Positions 54,959 to 64,000 of a stretch of DNA of 64,000 bases are shown here, piece after piece. A model generated the notes under the pieces. That model searched no databases, was not told the origin of the DNA, and saw only the letters and a program-made list of their open reading frames with translations. Origin of the DNA: Moraxellaceae bacterium. Lineage in GTDB: Bacteria; Pseudomonadota; Gammaproteobacteria; Pseudomonadales; Moraxellaceae. Within the stretch, counting starts at the first letter, position 1; every line of letters begins with the position of its first letter. The stretch is from contig JAJFBF010000005.1 in NCBI GenBank assembly GCA_020697295.1, forward strand, positions 13,994 through 77,993. Direction: 5' to 3'. The translations under genes and the position numbers were made by a program.

Positions 54959-56284
54959 ATGATTCCCCATCCCGCCATCCTGGTCGTTGATGACCAGAGC
55001 AGCAATCTGATTGCCATGGAGGCGGTGTTCGAGGGCGAGCCGGTGGATCTGGTCAAGGCCAACTCGGGGGCCGAGGCCCTCAAGCTGATGCTGCAGCGCG
55101 ACTTCGCCCTGGTCCTGCTCGATGTGCAGATGCCCGAGCTGGATGGCTTTGAAGTGGCTGAAATCATGCGCAGCAACCCGCGCACCGAGTCGACGCCCAT
55201 CATCTTCCTGACGGCCCTCAGCAAGGAGCAGCGCTATATCTTCCGCGGCTATGAAACCGGTGCCGTCGACTATCTCTTCAAGCCCATCGATGCCTCCATT
55301 CTGCGCAGCAAGGTGCGGGTCTTCCTCGAGCTCGATCGCAAGAATCGCAGCCTGCGCGAGAGTCTGCGCCTGCTGCAGCAGGAGCGTGACCACAACCAGA
55401 CGCTGCTGCGCTCGCTGTCCGAAGGCCTGCTGGGCATCACCCAGAGCGGCAATGTCTTCTATGCCAACCCTACCGCCGAGGAGATGCTGGACAGTCCCTT
55501 GCGCGATCTCATCGGGCGTCGCCTGACCGAGATTTTCCAGCTCTACAACGAGAACGCCGAGCCAGTGGAATGGCCCTTGCCGGAGCTGCTGTCCTCCTGC
55601 GAGCGTGGCGAGCGCGTGCATCGCGATGATCTATTCATGAATCGCGATGGCCAGCAGATCGCCGTCGAGATTTCCGCCAATCCGCTCATGTCCGGCGATC
55701 CGGCACGTGCCGGCGTGGCCGGTGTGGTGGTGGTGTTCCGGGATGTCTCCTCGCGCCGCCAGAACGAGAAGGTGCTGACCCGCAAGGCCACGCTCGACAG
55801 CCTGACCGGTCTTTGCAACCGCGCTGAATTCGAGCGCCTGCTCGAGGAGCGCGTGGCCCAGGCCAATCGCAGCGAAACCAGCCTGGCGCTGCTCTACATC
55901 GACCTCGATCGCTTCAAGGCCATCAACGACACCCTCGGCCATCATGTCGGGGACCAGGTCCTGAAGGCGGCGGCCAAGCGCCTGCATGACAGCTCCCGCG
56001 CCACCGACCTTGTCGCCCGCCTGGGCGGCGACGAGTTTGTCATTGTCCTCGAAAGCACCGAGCCGCGCCGGGCCGCCAGCCTGGTTTCCGGCAAGGTGCT
56101 GCAGGCGTTCGCGCGAGTGGTGGACGTCGCTGACGGCAGCAAGCTGCAGATCGGCACCAGCGTCGGCATCGCCATCTACCCTGACGACTCCACCCATTCC
56201 GAAGACCTGCTCAAGTGCGCGGACAAGGCCATGTACCAGGCCAAGACCGCCGGCCGTAACACCTACCGCTTCTATCGCGGCTAA
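54959..56284 (+). CDS. response-regulator receiver / PAS / GGDEF diguanylate cyclase
   Basis: ILVVDDQSSN...LVLLDVQMPELDG (REC). PAS-like middle region. DSLTGLCNRAEF and RLGGDEFVIVL (GGDEF). Confidence 0.9.
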   Translation: MIPHPAILVVDDQSSNLIAMEAVFEGEPVDLVKANSGAEALKLMLQRDFALVLLDVQMPELDGFEVAEIMRSNPRTESTPIIFLTALSKEQRYIFRGYETGAVDYLFKPIDASILRSKVRVFLELDRKNRSLRESLRLLQQERDHNQTLLRSLSEGLLGITQSGNVFYANPTAEEMLDSPLRDLIGRRLTEIFQLYNENAEPVEWPLPELLSSCERGERVHRDDLFMNRDGQQIAVEISANPLMSGDPARAGVAGVVVVFRDVSSRRQNEKVLTRKATLDSLTGLCNRAEFERLLEERVAQANRSETSLALLYIDLDRFKAINDTLGHHVGDQVLKAAAKRLHDSSRATDLVARLGGDEFVIVLESTEPRRAASLVSGKVLQAFARVVDVADGSKLQIGTSVGIAIYPDDSTHSEDLLKCADKAMYQAKTAGRNTYRFYRG

Positions 56285-56286
56285 AA

Positions 56287-56340
56287 GCCTGTTTCAGCAG
56301 GGCAGCCGGCTTTTTGTCAGTCGGGATAATTCCCGATCCG
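56287..56340. repeat. REP-like composite element, copy 3 (inverted orientation)
   Basis: agcctgtttcagcagggcagccggctttttgtcagTCGGGATAATTCCCGAtc. Its reverse complement aligns with 62834-62886. Confidence 0.65.
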
Positions 56341-56542
56341 CCGGACCAGGCTTTAATCCGCCGCGCCGGCCCTTGTTTGCCTTCGCCCGCCTGCCCACTC
56401 GTCGGGCGTCGCAATCTTGTCGTGAAGTGTCAAAAACCCTGTCGTGATGTGTCCATACCGTTCCGGGCCGGCTCCCTAGACTTGCCCCACTTTGCCGTGC
56501 AGTACCCGGCTCCAGGAACCCACACGCTAAGGGAATAACAAT

Positions 56543-57478
56543 ATGAAGACCCCCGTCCTTGCCTGCCTCGCCTCCGCCGCCCTGCTGGCCACTGCCACTG
56601 ATGCCAGTGCCTGGAGCCAGGAAACCCATCGCCGTATCGCGATCGACGCCGTCAACTACATGAAGGCCAACCCGACCACCACGAATTACGCCAAGCTGCT
56701 CAATGGCGCTACCAAGGCCGGCTACACGATCGACCAGTTCGCCGCCGCCCTGGGCCAGGGCGCCTATGATGTGGACGAATTCGCCGACACCTACATCTGC
56801 GGCGCCACCACCGGCAACTGCCAGCTCGCTCCTGTCTGGGGACTGGGCGCCAGCATCGTCAAGTACACTTCCTACTGGCACTTCCAGAATCACACCCAGG
56901 GCGTGGACGCGCACGGCAACGACATCGGCGGCTACAACTACGCCAAGCTCACGACCTGGGGCACCATCGACACCATGGCTGCCAGTTGGCTGGTCGGTGA
57001 CTACCTGGATGACGGCGCCGGCAACCTGACGGGCTGGTTCTGGTCCGACAGCTCCAAGTACAACGCCTACGACAAGACCGAAAAGAACTACCGCCTGGGT
57101 GGCTATTCGACGCGCAGCATGTATGCGGACTACGAGAAGATGCCTTTCCAGCCGATCGACAACCTCGGCCAGTACTGGTTCTCGCAGTTCCTGGCGGCGC
57201 CGACTGTGCAGAAGCTGGGCTTCGTGCTGCACACCACCGACCTGCTGCAGCCGCACCACACCTGGACGACGGCCCTGAACAGCTTCACGCCCCTGTCGAC
57301 GACCGCCACCGACATCCGTCCGCTGCTGACCCAGGGTGGCCGTATCTCTTACAACCAGGGTGGCATCGTGCTCTCCAGCACTGACAGCACCGATCGCCTG
57401 AACACGGCCCGCGTCCTGATCCCCCACTCCATCGCCATGGCGGTGCGTGTCCTGAACCGCGCGGCTGATCGCTTCTGA
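56543..57478 (+). CDS. zinc-dependent phospholipase C / S1-P1 nuclease superfamily protein (copy 1)
   Basis: Signal peptide, then a predicted mature N-terminus WSQETHRRIAIDAVNYM (cf. Bacillus PC-PLC WSAEDKH...), and YWHFQNH. Confidence 0.75.
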   Translation: MKTPVLACLASAALLATATDASAWSQETHRRIAIDAVNYMKANPTTTNYAKLLNGATKAGYTIDQFAAALGQGAYDVDEFADTYICGATTGNCQLAPVWGLGASIVKYTSYWHFQNHTQGVDAHGNDIGGYNYAKLTTWGTIDTMAASWLVGDYLDDGAGNLTGWFWSDSSKYNAYDKTEKNYRLGGYSTRSMYADYEKMPFQPIDNLGQYWFSQFLAAPTVQKLGFVLHTTDLLQPHHTWTTALNSFTPLSTTATDIRPLLTQGGRISYNQGGIVLSSTDSTDRLNTARVLIPHSIAMAVRVLNRAADRF

Positions 57479-57822
57479 TCCCGTGCTGGCGGGCCTTGCC
57501 GGCCCGCCACGGCATCCTTCAACGACTGGCAAAGGGGCGGATCGCAAGGCCGCCCCTGGTCATTTCCGGCCGGATTCCTGCGGGCCGGCCAGGGTCCGAG
57601 GATCCTGGCGCGGCGATATCCCGCGGTCCATTCCGGCCTTGAGGCCGGCGGGCGAAGGGAAGGGCAGGCGTCGGCCTGACCGTTCGTCGCCACTTGACTG
57701 GTCAGAATATGTCCGGTTCATGTCCCTTTGTGTCCTTATGTAATTTGCTGGCGTCGCTAGACTGCATAGCAATCGCGGGAAGTATCGAGCCGCGCAAAAA
57801 AAGAAAATAAAGGGGTCCCAAC

Positions 57823-58857
57823 ATGAAGAACGTCGCTCGTACTCTCATCGCCGCTGCCGCCCTCACGGGTGTTTCCCTGGAAGCCTCCGCCTGGAGCCAG
57901 GAAGTCCACCGCCGTATCGCCATCGACGCCGTCAACTACATGAAGGCCAACCCGACCACCACGAATTACGCCAAGCTGCTCAATGGCGCCACCAAGTCCG
58001 GCTACACGATCGACCAGTTCGCCGCCGCCCTGGGCCAGGGCGCCTACGACGTGGATGACTTTGCCGACACCTACATCTGCGGCGCCACTACCGGCAACTG
58101 CCAGCTCGCTCCCGTCTGGGGCGCGGGTGCCAGCATCGTCAAGTACACCTCCTACTGGCACTTCCAGAACCACACCCAGGGCGCCGATGCCCACGGCAAT
58201 GACCTTGGCGGCTACAACTACGCCAAGCTGACCGTGTGGGGCGACATCGACAACATGGCCGCCAGCTGGCTGGTGGGCGACTACCTGGACGACGGTCCCG
58301 GCAACCTGACGGGCTGGTTCTGGTCCGACAGCTCCAAGTACAACGCCTACGACAAGACCGAAAAGAACTATCGTCAGGGCGGCTACTCCACCCGTTCCAT
58401 GTATGCCGATTTCGAGAAGATCCCCTTCCAGCCGATCGACAACCTGGGCCAGTACTGGTTCTCGCAGTTCCTGGCGGCGCCGACTGTGCAGAAGCTGGGC
58501 TTCGTGCTGCACACCACCGACCTGCTGCAGCCGCACCACACCTGGCACCACACCTGGACCACCTCCGCCCTGAACCACAGTGGCTGGGAAACCTGGGTCA
58601 ATGACTACTACTACACCTACCAGCTGAACAGCCAGCCCGCGGTCACCGCTGCGCTGAACAACCTGACGCCGATGGCTGCTACCGCCACTGACGTCCGTCC
58701 GCTGCTGACCCAGGGTGCCCGCGTGGCCTACACCCAGGGTGGCATCGTGCTCTCCAGCACCGATGATACCGATCGCCTGAACACGGCCCGCGTCATGATC
58801 CCGCACGCCATCGCCATGACCGTGCGCATCCTGAACCGTGCAGCTGATCGCTTCTGA
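57823..58857 (+). CDS. zinc-dependent phospholipase C / S1-P1 nuclease superfamily protein (copy 2)
   Basis: Near-identical to copy 1 over long stretches, with an extra 33 aa or so (HTWHHTWTTSALNHSGWETWVNDYYYTYQLN...). Confidence 0.75.
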   Translation: MKNVARTLIAAAALTGVSLEASAWSQEVHRRIAIDAVNYMKANPTTTNYAKLLNGATKSGYTIDQFAAALGQGAYDVDDFADTYICGATTGNCQLAPVWGAGASIVKYTSYWHFQNHTQGADAHGNDLGGYNYAKLTVWGDIDNMAASWLVGDYLDDGPGNLTGWFWSDSSKYNAYDKTEKNYRQGGYSTRSMYADFEKIPFQPIDNLGQYWFSQFLAAPTVQKLGFVLHTTDLLQPHHTWHHTWTTSALNHSGWETWVNDYYYTYQLNSQPAVTAALNNLTPMAATATDVRPLLTQGARVAYTQGGIVLSSTDDTDRLNTARVMIPHAIAMTVRILNRAADRF

Positions 58858-58910
58858 GTCCCGGAGGACGGTTCTGCCGTCCATCCTGATTCCGGTTTAA
58901 CTGTAGCTTT

Positions 58911-58942
58911 GGGGGCGTATCGTCAAGATCGCCCCCTTTTTT
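58911..58942 (+). terminator. rho-independent terminator after PLC-like copy 2
   Basis: GGGGGCG-12 nt loop-CGCCCCC followed by TTTTTT. Confidence 0.7.
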
Positions 58943-58956
58943 ATTGCGATCCCTTC

Positions 58957-60321
58957 ATGATGCCCATCCGCCATATCCTGCTCGCACTGGGGCTTTGCCT
59001 CATGGCACCGGCCCAGGCCGGGGTCCGTCACGACCTGGTTGACCCCGCGCTTGCCGCTACCGTCGACGGCGAGCCTCTCAGCAATCGCTTCGTCGATGTC
59101 ATGCACCGGATCGCCCTGCCGGGTGATCCGTCCATTACCCGTGCGGCCGTGGTGCAGGCCCTGGTCGACGACCGCCTGGTGGCCCGCCATGCCCGCGCCA
59201 CCGACCCTGACGGGCATCTGATCGAGGACAACAAGGTTGCCTTCAGTCCGGCCATGCAGATCGAGCAGGCCATGGTGTCCAATATCCAGGCCGGATTCCG
59301 CGACAAGCTGGAGGCACGCCTCAAGCGGGAAAAGGGCGGGATGCTCAACCAATTGATCATTGCCGAGGCGCAGCCTACGGGCCCGCAATGGAACAGTGTG
59401 TTTTCAGCAAAGCCCGGCTTGTTGCTGGAGTACGCCCTCGATGCCAAAGGGCGTGCCGCTGCCGCGAAAGTCGTGCTGCTGCGCTACCGCCTGGGCAAGG
59501 CGGCCCCGGCGCGCCTGACCCTGCTCGATGTCTATGATGCGCAGAACATCCAGGGGCGTAACGAGCTGCATGCGCGCAATGGCGACTTTGCCATCGAGCA
59601 GGCGCGCCTCTTGCTCAAGAACCGCTTTATCCTGGACTGGGCGCGCTCGCCCGCCGGCTTTGGCGAGGCAGATTTTGCGGTGTTCCGGCGCGCCATGGAG
59701 GACCGCCTCGTGCATGGCGGCTGGATGGCCCATCTGGGGGTCGCCGCCGACATCCATGACGACCCGCAGCATCTCAAGGATTTGCAGGCGAAGGTGACCC
59801 CCGAGGAAATTCGCGCCTACTACGACAGTCATCGCGATGAGTTCCGGCGCATCGAGAAGGTGAAGGCGCGCCACATCCGCGTGCAGGACGAAGCCACCGC
59901 CCGCAAGGTCGAGGAGCGCCTGAAGAAGGGAGAGGTTTTCGCGGCGCTGGTGACGGTGTTTTCGCTGGCGGCGGATGCCGCCAGCGGCGGTGAGCTGGGC
60001 TGGATCGTGCACGGCGAGAAGGCACATGGCTGGCTCGACAGCCTGGCCTTCCTGCAGCAGCCCGGCGTGCCGTCACGGCCGGTGCGCCTGCCGGGCGTTG
60101 CGGGCGAGGAGCCGGGCTGGGAAATCCTGGTCGTGGACGAGCGCGTGATGGGCTGGCAGCCTGTCGACAGCGAGTCCGTGCGCTACCTGGCCAGCCAGTC
60201 CATCGCCCGCGACAAGGCCCTGGCGGAATATCGCAGCGCCCTCGAGCGTGTGCGCCGCGAGGCGGACTTGCGTCTGCATCCTGAACTGTCGCCGCTGGCG
60301 CGCCCGCGGGAGAGCAAGTGA
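58957..60321 (+). CDS. periplasmic parvulin-type peptidyl-prolyl isomerase (SurA/PpiD-like)
   Basis: Signal peptide ILLALGLCLMAPAQA. PPIase core KARHIRVQDEATARKVEERLKKGEVFAALV...ASGGELGWI. A terminator at 58911-58942 argues against the longer ORF start. Confidence 0.8.
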   Translation: MMPIRHILLALGLCLMAPAQAGVRHDLVDPALAATVDGEPLSNRFVDVMHRIALPGDPSITRAAVVQALVDDRLVARHARATDPDGHLIEDNKVAFSPAMQIEQAMVSNIQAGFRDKLEARLKREKGGMLNQLIIAEAQPTGPQWNSVFSAKPGLLLEYALDAKGRAAAAKVVLLRYRLGKAAPARLTLLDVYDAQNIQGRNELHARNGDFAIEQARLLLKNRFILDWARSPAGFGEADFAVFRRAMEDRLVHGGWMAHLGVAADIHDDPQHLKDLQAKVTPEEIRAYYDSHRDEFRRIEKVKARHIRVQDEATARKVEERLKKGEVFAALVTVFSLAADAASGGELGWIVHGEKAHGWLDSLAFLQQPGVPSRPVRLPGVAGEEPGWEILVVDERVMGWQPVDSESVRYLASQSIARDKALAEYRSALERVRREADLRLHPELSPLARPRESK

Positions 60322-60917
60322 TGAATGCCAACCGCTGGATACTGGTCGGTCTTGCTGTGCTGGTGCTGGTCGTCATCGTGGGCGGTCGCCTGCTGTGGTC
60401 CTCCGAGGCACCGGCGCCCGATGCGGTGGCGCCGGCGGATGGGCAGGGCCTGCGCCCGCTGGGCTCCAGCCAGCTGCCGCCCCTGGATGCCGCCGGCATG
60501 GTGGCGCCTGCGCCCCCGGCCGGGACCGACTCGCCGCTGCTGCCCATGCCGGAGTCCACGGTCGACGCCGCCGAAACCATGAGCCATGCGCGCGAGCACG
60601 GTGACCCCTCGGCGCCGCCGGTCGTGCGTGATGCCCCGCCGCAGGCGGCCACCGCTGCCGAGCTGGCCGACCCCAAGGCTTACCAGCGCTACGAGGCGCG
60701 CCAGAACGAGCGCCTCTATAACCAGTACGTCAAGGCGGCCGACAGCGAAATTCCCCGCCTGCAGGCCGATATCGCGCGTGCCCGCGCCGCCGGCCTCCCG
60801 CCCGAGCAGATTGCCGAGGGCGAGGAGAAGCTGCGTCGCATCCAGGCCATGCGCGACCAGCTGCAGTCCGAGAAGGGCGCCACGCCAGCGGCCCCGACCG
60901 AGCCCGCCGCGCCCTGA
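60321..60917 (+). CDS. membrane-anchored hypothetical protein
   Basis: TM segment WILVGLAVLVLVVIVGG, Pro/Ala-rich linker, helical C-terminus. Its ATG overlaps the upstream TGA. Confidence 0.6.
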   Translation: MNANRWILVGLAVLVLVVIVGGRLLWSSEAPAPDAVAPADGQGLRPLGSSQLPPLDAAGMVAPAPPAGTDSPLLPMPESTVDAAETMSHAREHGDPSAPPVVRDAPPQAATAAELADPKAYQRYEARQNERLYNQYVKAADSEIPRLQADIARARAAGLPPEQIAEGEEKLRRIQAMRDQLQSEKGATPAAPTEPAAP

Positions 60918-61055
60918 GCCGCCGCGCCTTGCGGCAGCGGGCGGCGATGGCCGGCGGATCGCTGTGCTCTTTCCGTATTGGCGGGGAGGAGGGCATTGCA
61001 TACTATTGATGAGGCGCATGCATGCGCCGGCCCATAACAAGAAAATCATTCCCCC

Positions 61056-62114
61056 ATGACACAGCCAGTCGCGGAAAACCTCGGGTTCATTTCCGTTCCG
61101 GCCCTGCAGCAGTACCTGCGCAGTGCCGAGGCGTGCGGCCTCGTGCGCGAGAAGATGCTGGCCGAGGCCGACATTCCCGCCGAAGTCCTGCTCGACAACA
61201 ACGGTCGACTGCCCGGCGAGGTGCTGCTGAGGCTGCTGCAGTACATCCTGCCGCGCTGCGGCAATCCGCTGTTCGGCCTGCAGACTTCCCAGTACATCCA
61301 GCCTGGCTCCTACAGCGTCATGGGCTACATCGCCATGACCAGCAACACCCTGGCCGAGGCCGTGATGCGCATGCCGCAGTACGAGAAGCTGGTCGGCGAC
61401 ATGGGCATCTCGAGCGTGGAGCATGAGCCTGGCGCGGTCATCGTGCGCTGGGATTGCCGTTTCTCCGAACCACTGGCGCGTCGCCACATCATCGAGAACG
61501 TGCTCGCCTCGTGGACGACCTATTCGCGCTGGATGGCCGACAACCAGGAGCTGTCGCCGCTGGCCGTGCGCTTCGAGCACGACCCGCCCGCCGACCGTTC
61601 CCTGCTCAAGCACTACCAGTCCATCTTTCGCTGCCCGGTGTATTTCAATCAGCCCATGTCGGCGCTGCTGGCCTCGCCGCAGCTGTTCGAATATCCGCTG
61701 CGCAGCCCCGACGCGACCTTGCGTGAGACCCTGGAGCAACACGCCCAGTCCACGATGGCGGCGCTCAAGGAAAAATACTCGCTGGGTGACCAGGTGCGCT
61801 CGTTGCTGCGCGCCATGCTTTCCGATACCTCGCCGCGCAAGGAATTCGTGGCCGACCAGATGGGCATGAATGTGCGCACCCTGCACCGCAAGCTCGCGGA
61901 CGAGAACACTTCCTACCAGCAGATCCTCGATGAATTGCGCGCCGAGCTGGCGCGCAAGTACCTGCAGCAGTCCCTGCTCTCGGTGGAGGATATCGCCCGC
62001 AAGCTGGGCTTCACGGAAAGCCGGTCCTTTATCCGCTACTTCAAGGGCTATGTCGGGCTGACACCCGGTGAATTCCGGCAGACGCTCCGGGACGAGGCCC
62101 CGCCCGCGCCCTGA
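61056..62114 (+). CDS. AraC-family transcriptional regulator
   Basis: C-terminal dual HTH: VADQMGMNVRTLHRKL and VEDIARKLGFTESRSFIRYFKGYVGLTPGEFR. Confidence 0.9.
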   Translation: MTQPVAENLGFISVPALQQYLRSAEACGLVREKMLAEADIPAEVLLDNNGRLPGEVLLRLLQYILPRCGNPLFGLQTSQYIQPGSYSVMGYIAMTSNTLAEAVMRMPQYEKLVGDMGISSVEHEPGAVIVRWDCRFSEPLARRHIIENVLASWTTYSRWMADNQELSPLAVRFEHDPPADRSLLKHYQSIFRCPVYFNQPMSALLASPQLFEYPLRSPDATLRETLEQHAQSTMAALKEKYSLGDQVRSLLRAMLSDTSPRKEFVADQMGMNVRTLHRKLADENTSYQQILDELRAELARKYLQQSLLSVEDIARKLGFTESRSFIRYFKGYVGLTPGEFRQTLRDEAPPAP

Positions 62115-62182
62115 CACTGCTGGCGAGGTCCCGCGCCGGGGCTATAGTGCAAGGCCGGTTCCCTTGCCGCAGTCCTGTCGCC

Positions 62183-62809
62183 ATGACCCCGATTCCTCTC
62201 CTGGACGAAGCCCGCGCCTGCACCTTGTGCGCACCTTTCCTGCCGCAAGGCCCGCGCCCCATCTTCCAGCTCCATCCCGGGGCGCGCCTGCTCATCGCCA
62301 GCCAGGCGCCCGGTCGCCGCGCCCATGCCTCCGGCATCCCTTTCGACGACGCCAGCGGTGAGCGCCTGCGCGAGTGGCTGGGAATTTCACGCGAGACGTT
62401 CTACGACCCCTGCCAGGTGGCCATACTGCCCATGGGCCTTTGTTATCCGGGCCGGGGCAAAGGCGGCGACCTGCCGCCGCGCCCCGAGTGCGCACCGGTC
62501 TGGCGCGAACGCCTGCTGGCGCTGCTGCCGGCACTGGAGCTGACTCTGGTCATCGGCCAGTACGCCCAGGCCTGGCACCTGCCCGGGCGTCCCCCGACTC
62601 TCACGGAAACGGTACGCGCCTGGCCCGATGCCGGGCCCGGGCTCATGCCGCTGCCGCATCCCAGCCCGCTGAACAATGTCTGGCTGCGGCGCAATCCCTG
62701 GTTCGAGGCCGAGGTGCTGCCGCACTTGCGCGAGCGGGTGGGTAGGGTGCTGCGGCGGACGGAGCGGGTTGAAGCAGGTCAGTGCAGCGGGGACCGCGGC
62801 GAGCGCTGA
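62183..62809 (+). CDS. uracil-DNA glycosylase superfamily protein
   Basis: LLIASQAPGRRAHASGIPFDDASG (motif A-like) and PLPHPSPLN (motif B). ATG at 62183. Confidence 0.8.
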   Translation: MTPIPLLDEARACTLCAPFLPQGPRPIFQLHPGARLLIASQAPGRRAHASGIPFDDASGERLREWLGISRETFYDPCQVAILPMGLCYPGRGKGGDLPPRPECAPVWRERLLALLPALELTLVIGQYAQAWHLPGRPPTLTETVRAWPDAGPGLMPLPHPSPLNNVWLRRNPWFEAEVLPHLRERVGRVLRRTERVEAGQCSGDRGER

Positions 62810-62818
62810 CGCGCCAGG

Positions 62819-62886
62819 AGCCTGTTTCGGCAGGTCGGGATTTATCCCGACTGACAAGAGGCAAACGGCCCTGTTGAAACAGGCTC
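62819..62886. repeat. REP-like composite element, copy 4
   Basis: agcctgtttcggcagGTCGGGATTTATCCCGACtgacaagaggcaaacggccctgttgaaacaggct. Outer arms agcctgtttc / gaaacaggct. Confidence 0.65.
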
Positions 62887-62941
62887 TAACCGGCTAACCG
62901 GCTAACCGGCTAACCGGCTAACCGGCTAACCGGCTAACCGG
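62886..62941. repeat. octanucleotide tandem repeat (CTAACCGG)x7
   Basis: Seven perfect 8-bp units read directly from the sequence. Confidence 0.9.
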
Positions 62942-62994
62942 CGGAGTAGCGGAGTAGCGGAGTAGCGGAGTAGCGGAGTAGCGGAGTAGCGGAG
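62942..62994. repeat. octanucleotide tandem repeat (CGGAGTAG)x6.6
   Basis: Six perfect units plus a partial one, directly abutting the first array. Confidence 0.9.
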
Positions 62995-63039
62995 GTTCAT
63001 GCACGCACCGGCCGGCGGCAAGCCGCTCAGGCGGACATG

Positions 63040-63070
63040 AAAAAAGCCGGCATTGCCGGCTTCTTCAAAA
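63040..63070 (-). terminator. rho-independent terminator of the lpxL-like gene
   Basis: aaaaaGCCGGCAttGCCGGCttcttcaaaa. On the minus strand the hairpin is followed by TTTTTT. Confidence 0.7.
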
Positions 63071-63086
63071 AGTGTGCAAGCCCCCG

Positions 63087-64000
63087 TCAGTCGCGACGAT
63101 ACACGTCGGGCAGGTGCTCGCTCTTGCGGAAGCGCTTGTAGCTCCACTGGTACTGCACCGGATCGCGGCGGATCAGCGTTTCAATCGAGCGGTTCATGGC
63201 CGCGGTGGCAACGGCGACATCCTCGCTATAGACCTCCGGGTCCGGCTCGCTCAGGAAAATTTCGAAGCCGTCGCCACCCGGCCGGCGTACGCAGGCCATC
63301 ATGACTGCGGTGGCGCCGGTGCGGTGGATCAGCTTGGGGACCATCATGCCGGTCCAGGTGGAGATACCGAAGAAGGGCGAATACATGCCGCCGTTCTCGT
63401 GAGGCACATGGTCCGGCAGGATGGCGCAGAAGGCGTTCTGCTTCAGGCCCTTGAACACGGCCTTCACGCCGCGGTCATCAGCCGGAACCAGAGTGGCCTG
63501 CAGGCGGCTGCGCGCCTGGAGCACGAAGGTATCGACGCCTTTGTCCTTGCCCGGCTTGTACATGATGATGGCGCGGGTCAGCGAGTTCACCCAGGCGTTC
63601 ATGAACTCCCAGGTGCCGAAGTGCGGGACGATGCCGATGGTGCCGCGGCCGGAGGCAAGCGCATCCTCGAGCAGTTTCAGGTTATGCACCTGCTTGATCT
63701 GGCCCAGGCTGTATTCGGGCGGCATGCCCCAGGTCTTGGCGAATTCGAGGGCGGTCTGCGCCGTCGAGATCACGTTGGCGCGCAGGACCTGTTCGCGCCA
63801 CTCCGGCGTCTGTTCGGGAAAGCACAGCTCCAGGTTGCGGCGGATGGTGTGGGCGGTCTTGCTCTTGCCCCCCAAGGCCACGGCAATGACCGCGAGCAGG
63901 GCGGCCAGGCGCTGCAGGAAGCCCAGCGGCAGCCGGCTGAAGAAGCCCAGCAGCCTGAGCAGGAAGCGGTCCCGGCCGGAGAGTTCGGCACGGGGTGGGA
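63087..64000 (-). CDS. lipid A biosynthesis (LpxL/HtrB-type) acyltransferase, 5' end outside the window
   Basis: IGIVPHFGTWEFMNAW (HX4E/D acyltransferase motif) and RRNLELCFPE. The reading frame stays open to the window edge. Confidence 0.85.
   Translation of the reverse strand, partial: PPRAELSGRDRFLLRLLGFFSRLPLGFLQRLAALLAVIAVALGGKSKTAHTIRRNLELCFPEQTPEWREQVLRANVISTAQTALEFAKTWGMPPEYSLGQIKQVHNLKLLEDALASGRGTIGIVPHFGTWEFMNAWVNSLTRAIIMYKPGKDKGVDTFVLQARSRLQATLVPADDRGVKAVFKGLKQNAFCAILPDHVPHENGGMYSPFFGISTWTGMMVPKLIHRTGATAVMMACVRRPGGDGFEIFLSEPDPEVYSEDVAVATAAMNRSIETLIRRDPVQYQWSYKRFRKSEHLPDVYRRD

Noticed and set aside
59774-60676. 300-aa Pro/Ala/Arg/Ser-rich ORF antisense to the PPIase gene
   Set aside because: Extreme low complexity. 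The sense strand encodes a recognisable parvulin domain.
60183-62117. 644-aa ORF antisense to the AraC regulator and the 199-aa gene
   Set aside because: Shadow ORF. The sense strand has a canonical AraC dual HTH.
62886-62994. Possible CRISPR array
   Set aside because: The units are 8 bp, contiguous and without spacers, so these are simple tandem repeats.

Overview
High-GC (by eye) proteobacterial-type chromosome segment. Domain calls are motif recognition by eye on the ORF track, and I ran no searches. About 1-54.6 kb reads as a mosaic accessory or defence-type island. It has AT-richer patches at about 1-1000, 8250-10300, 32760-33850, 43980-45100 and 53250-53400. No integrase, tRNA, CRISPR array or rRNA is visible.

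The island holds these parts:
- A translationally coupled triad of an unknown 400-aa protein, an HKD/PLD nuclease and an SNF2 helicase.
- A six-gene operon with three dynamin-like GTPases.
- A NERD plus SF1-helicase fusion.
- Two analogous modules that each pair a degenerate FtsZ/tubulin-like protein with a PcfJ-like protein. One also carries a DUF3293-like gene. The other carries a tandem AAA+ ATPase, an HExxH protein and a CX5R phosphatase.
- Two paralogous minimal ABC/SMC-head ATPases, one next to a small glycine-loop Rossmann protein.
- An operon of a YbjN-like protein, a Cys-peptidase-like protein and an ADP-ribosylglycohydrolase.
- Three WYL regulators.
- A DUF2779 nuclease, an HTH-fused HipA kinase, a beta-CASP MBL nuclease and a low-GC PD-(D/E)XK protein.
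- A five-gene secreted/lipoprotein cluster.

From about 54.9 kb the genes look like core genome: REC-PAS-GGDEF, two tandem zinc PLC-like paralogs, a parvulin PPIase, an AraC regulator, a UDG-family protein and a partial LpxL-type acyltransferase.

Non-coding signals are a REP-like palindrome family (one copy sits in frame inside a CDS), an 11-bp tandem motif shared by two distant promoter regions, and two abutting octanucleotide arrays. Long antisense ORFs are treated as GC-driven shadows.
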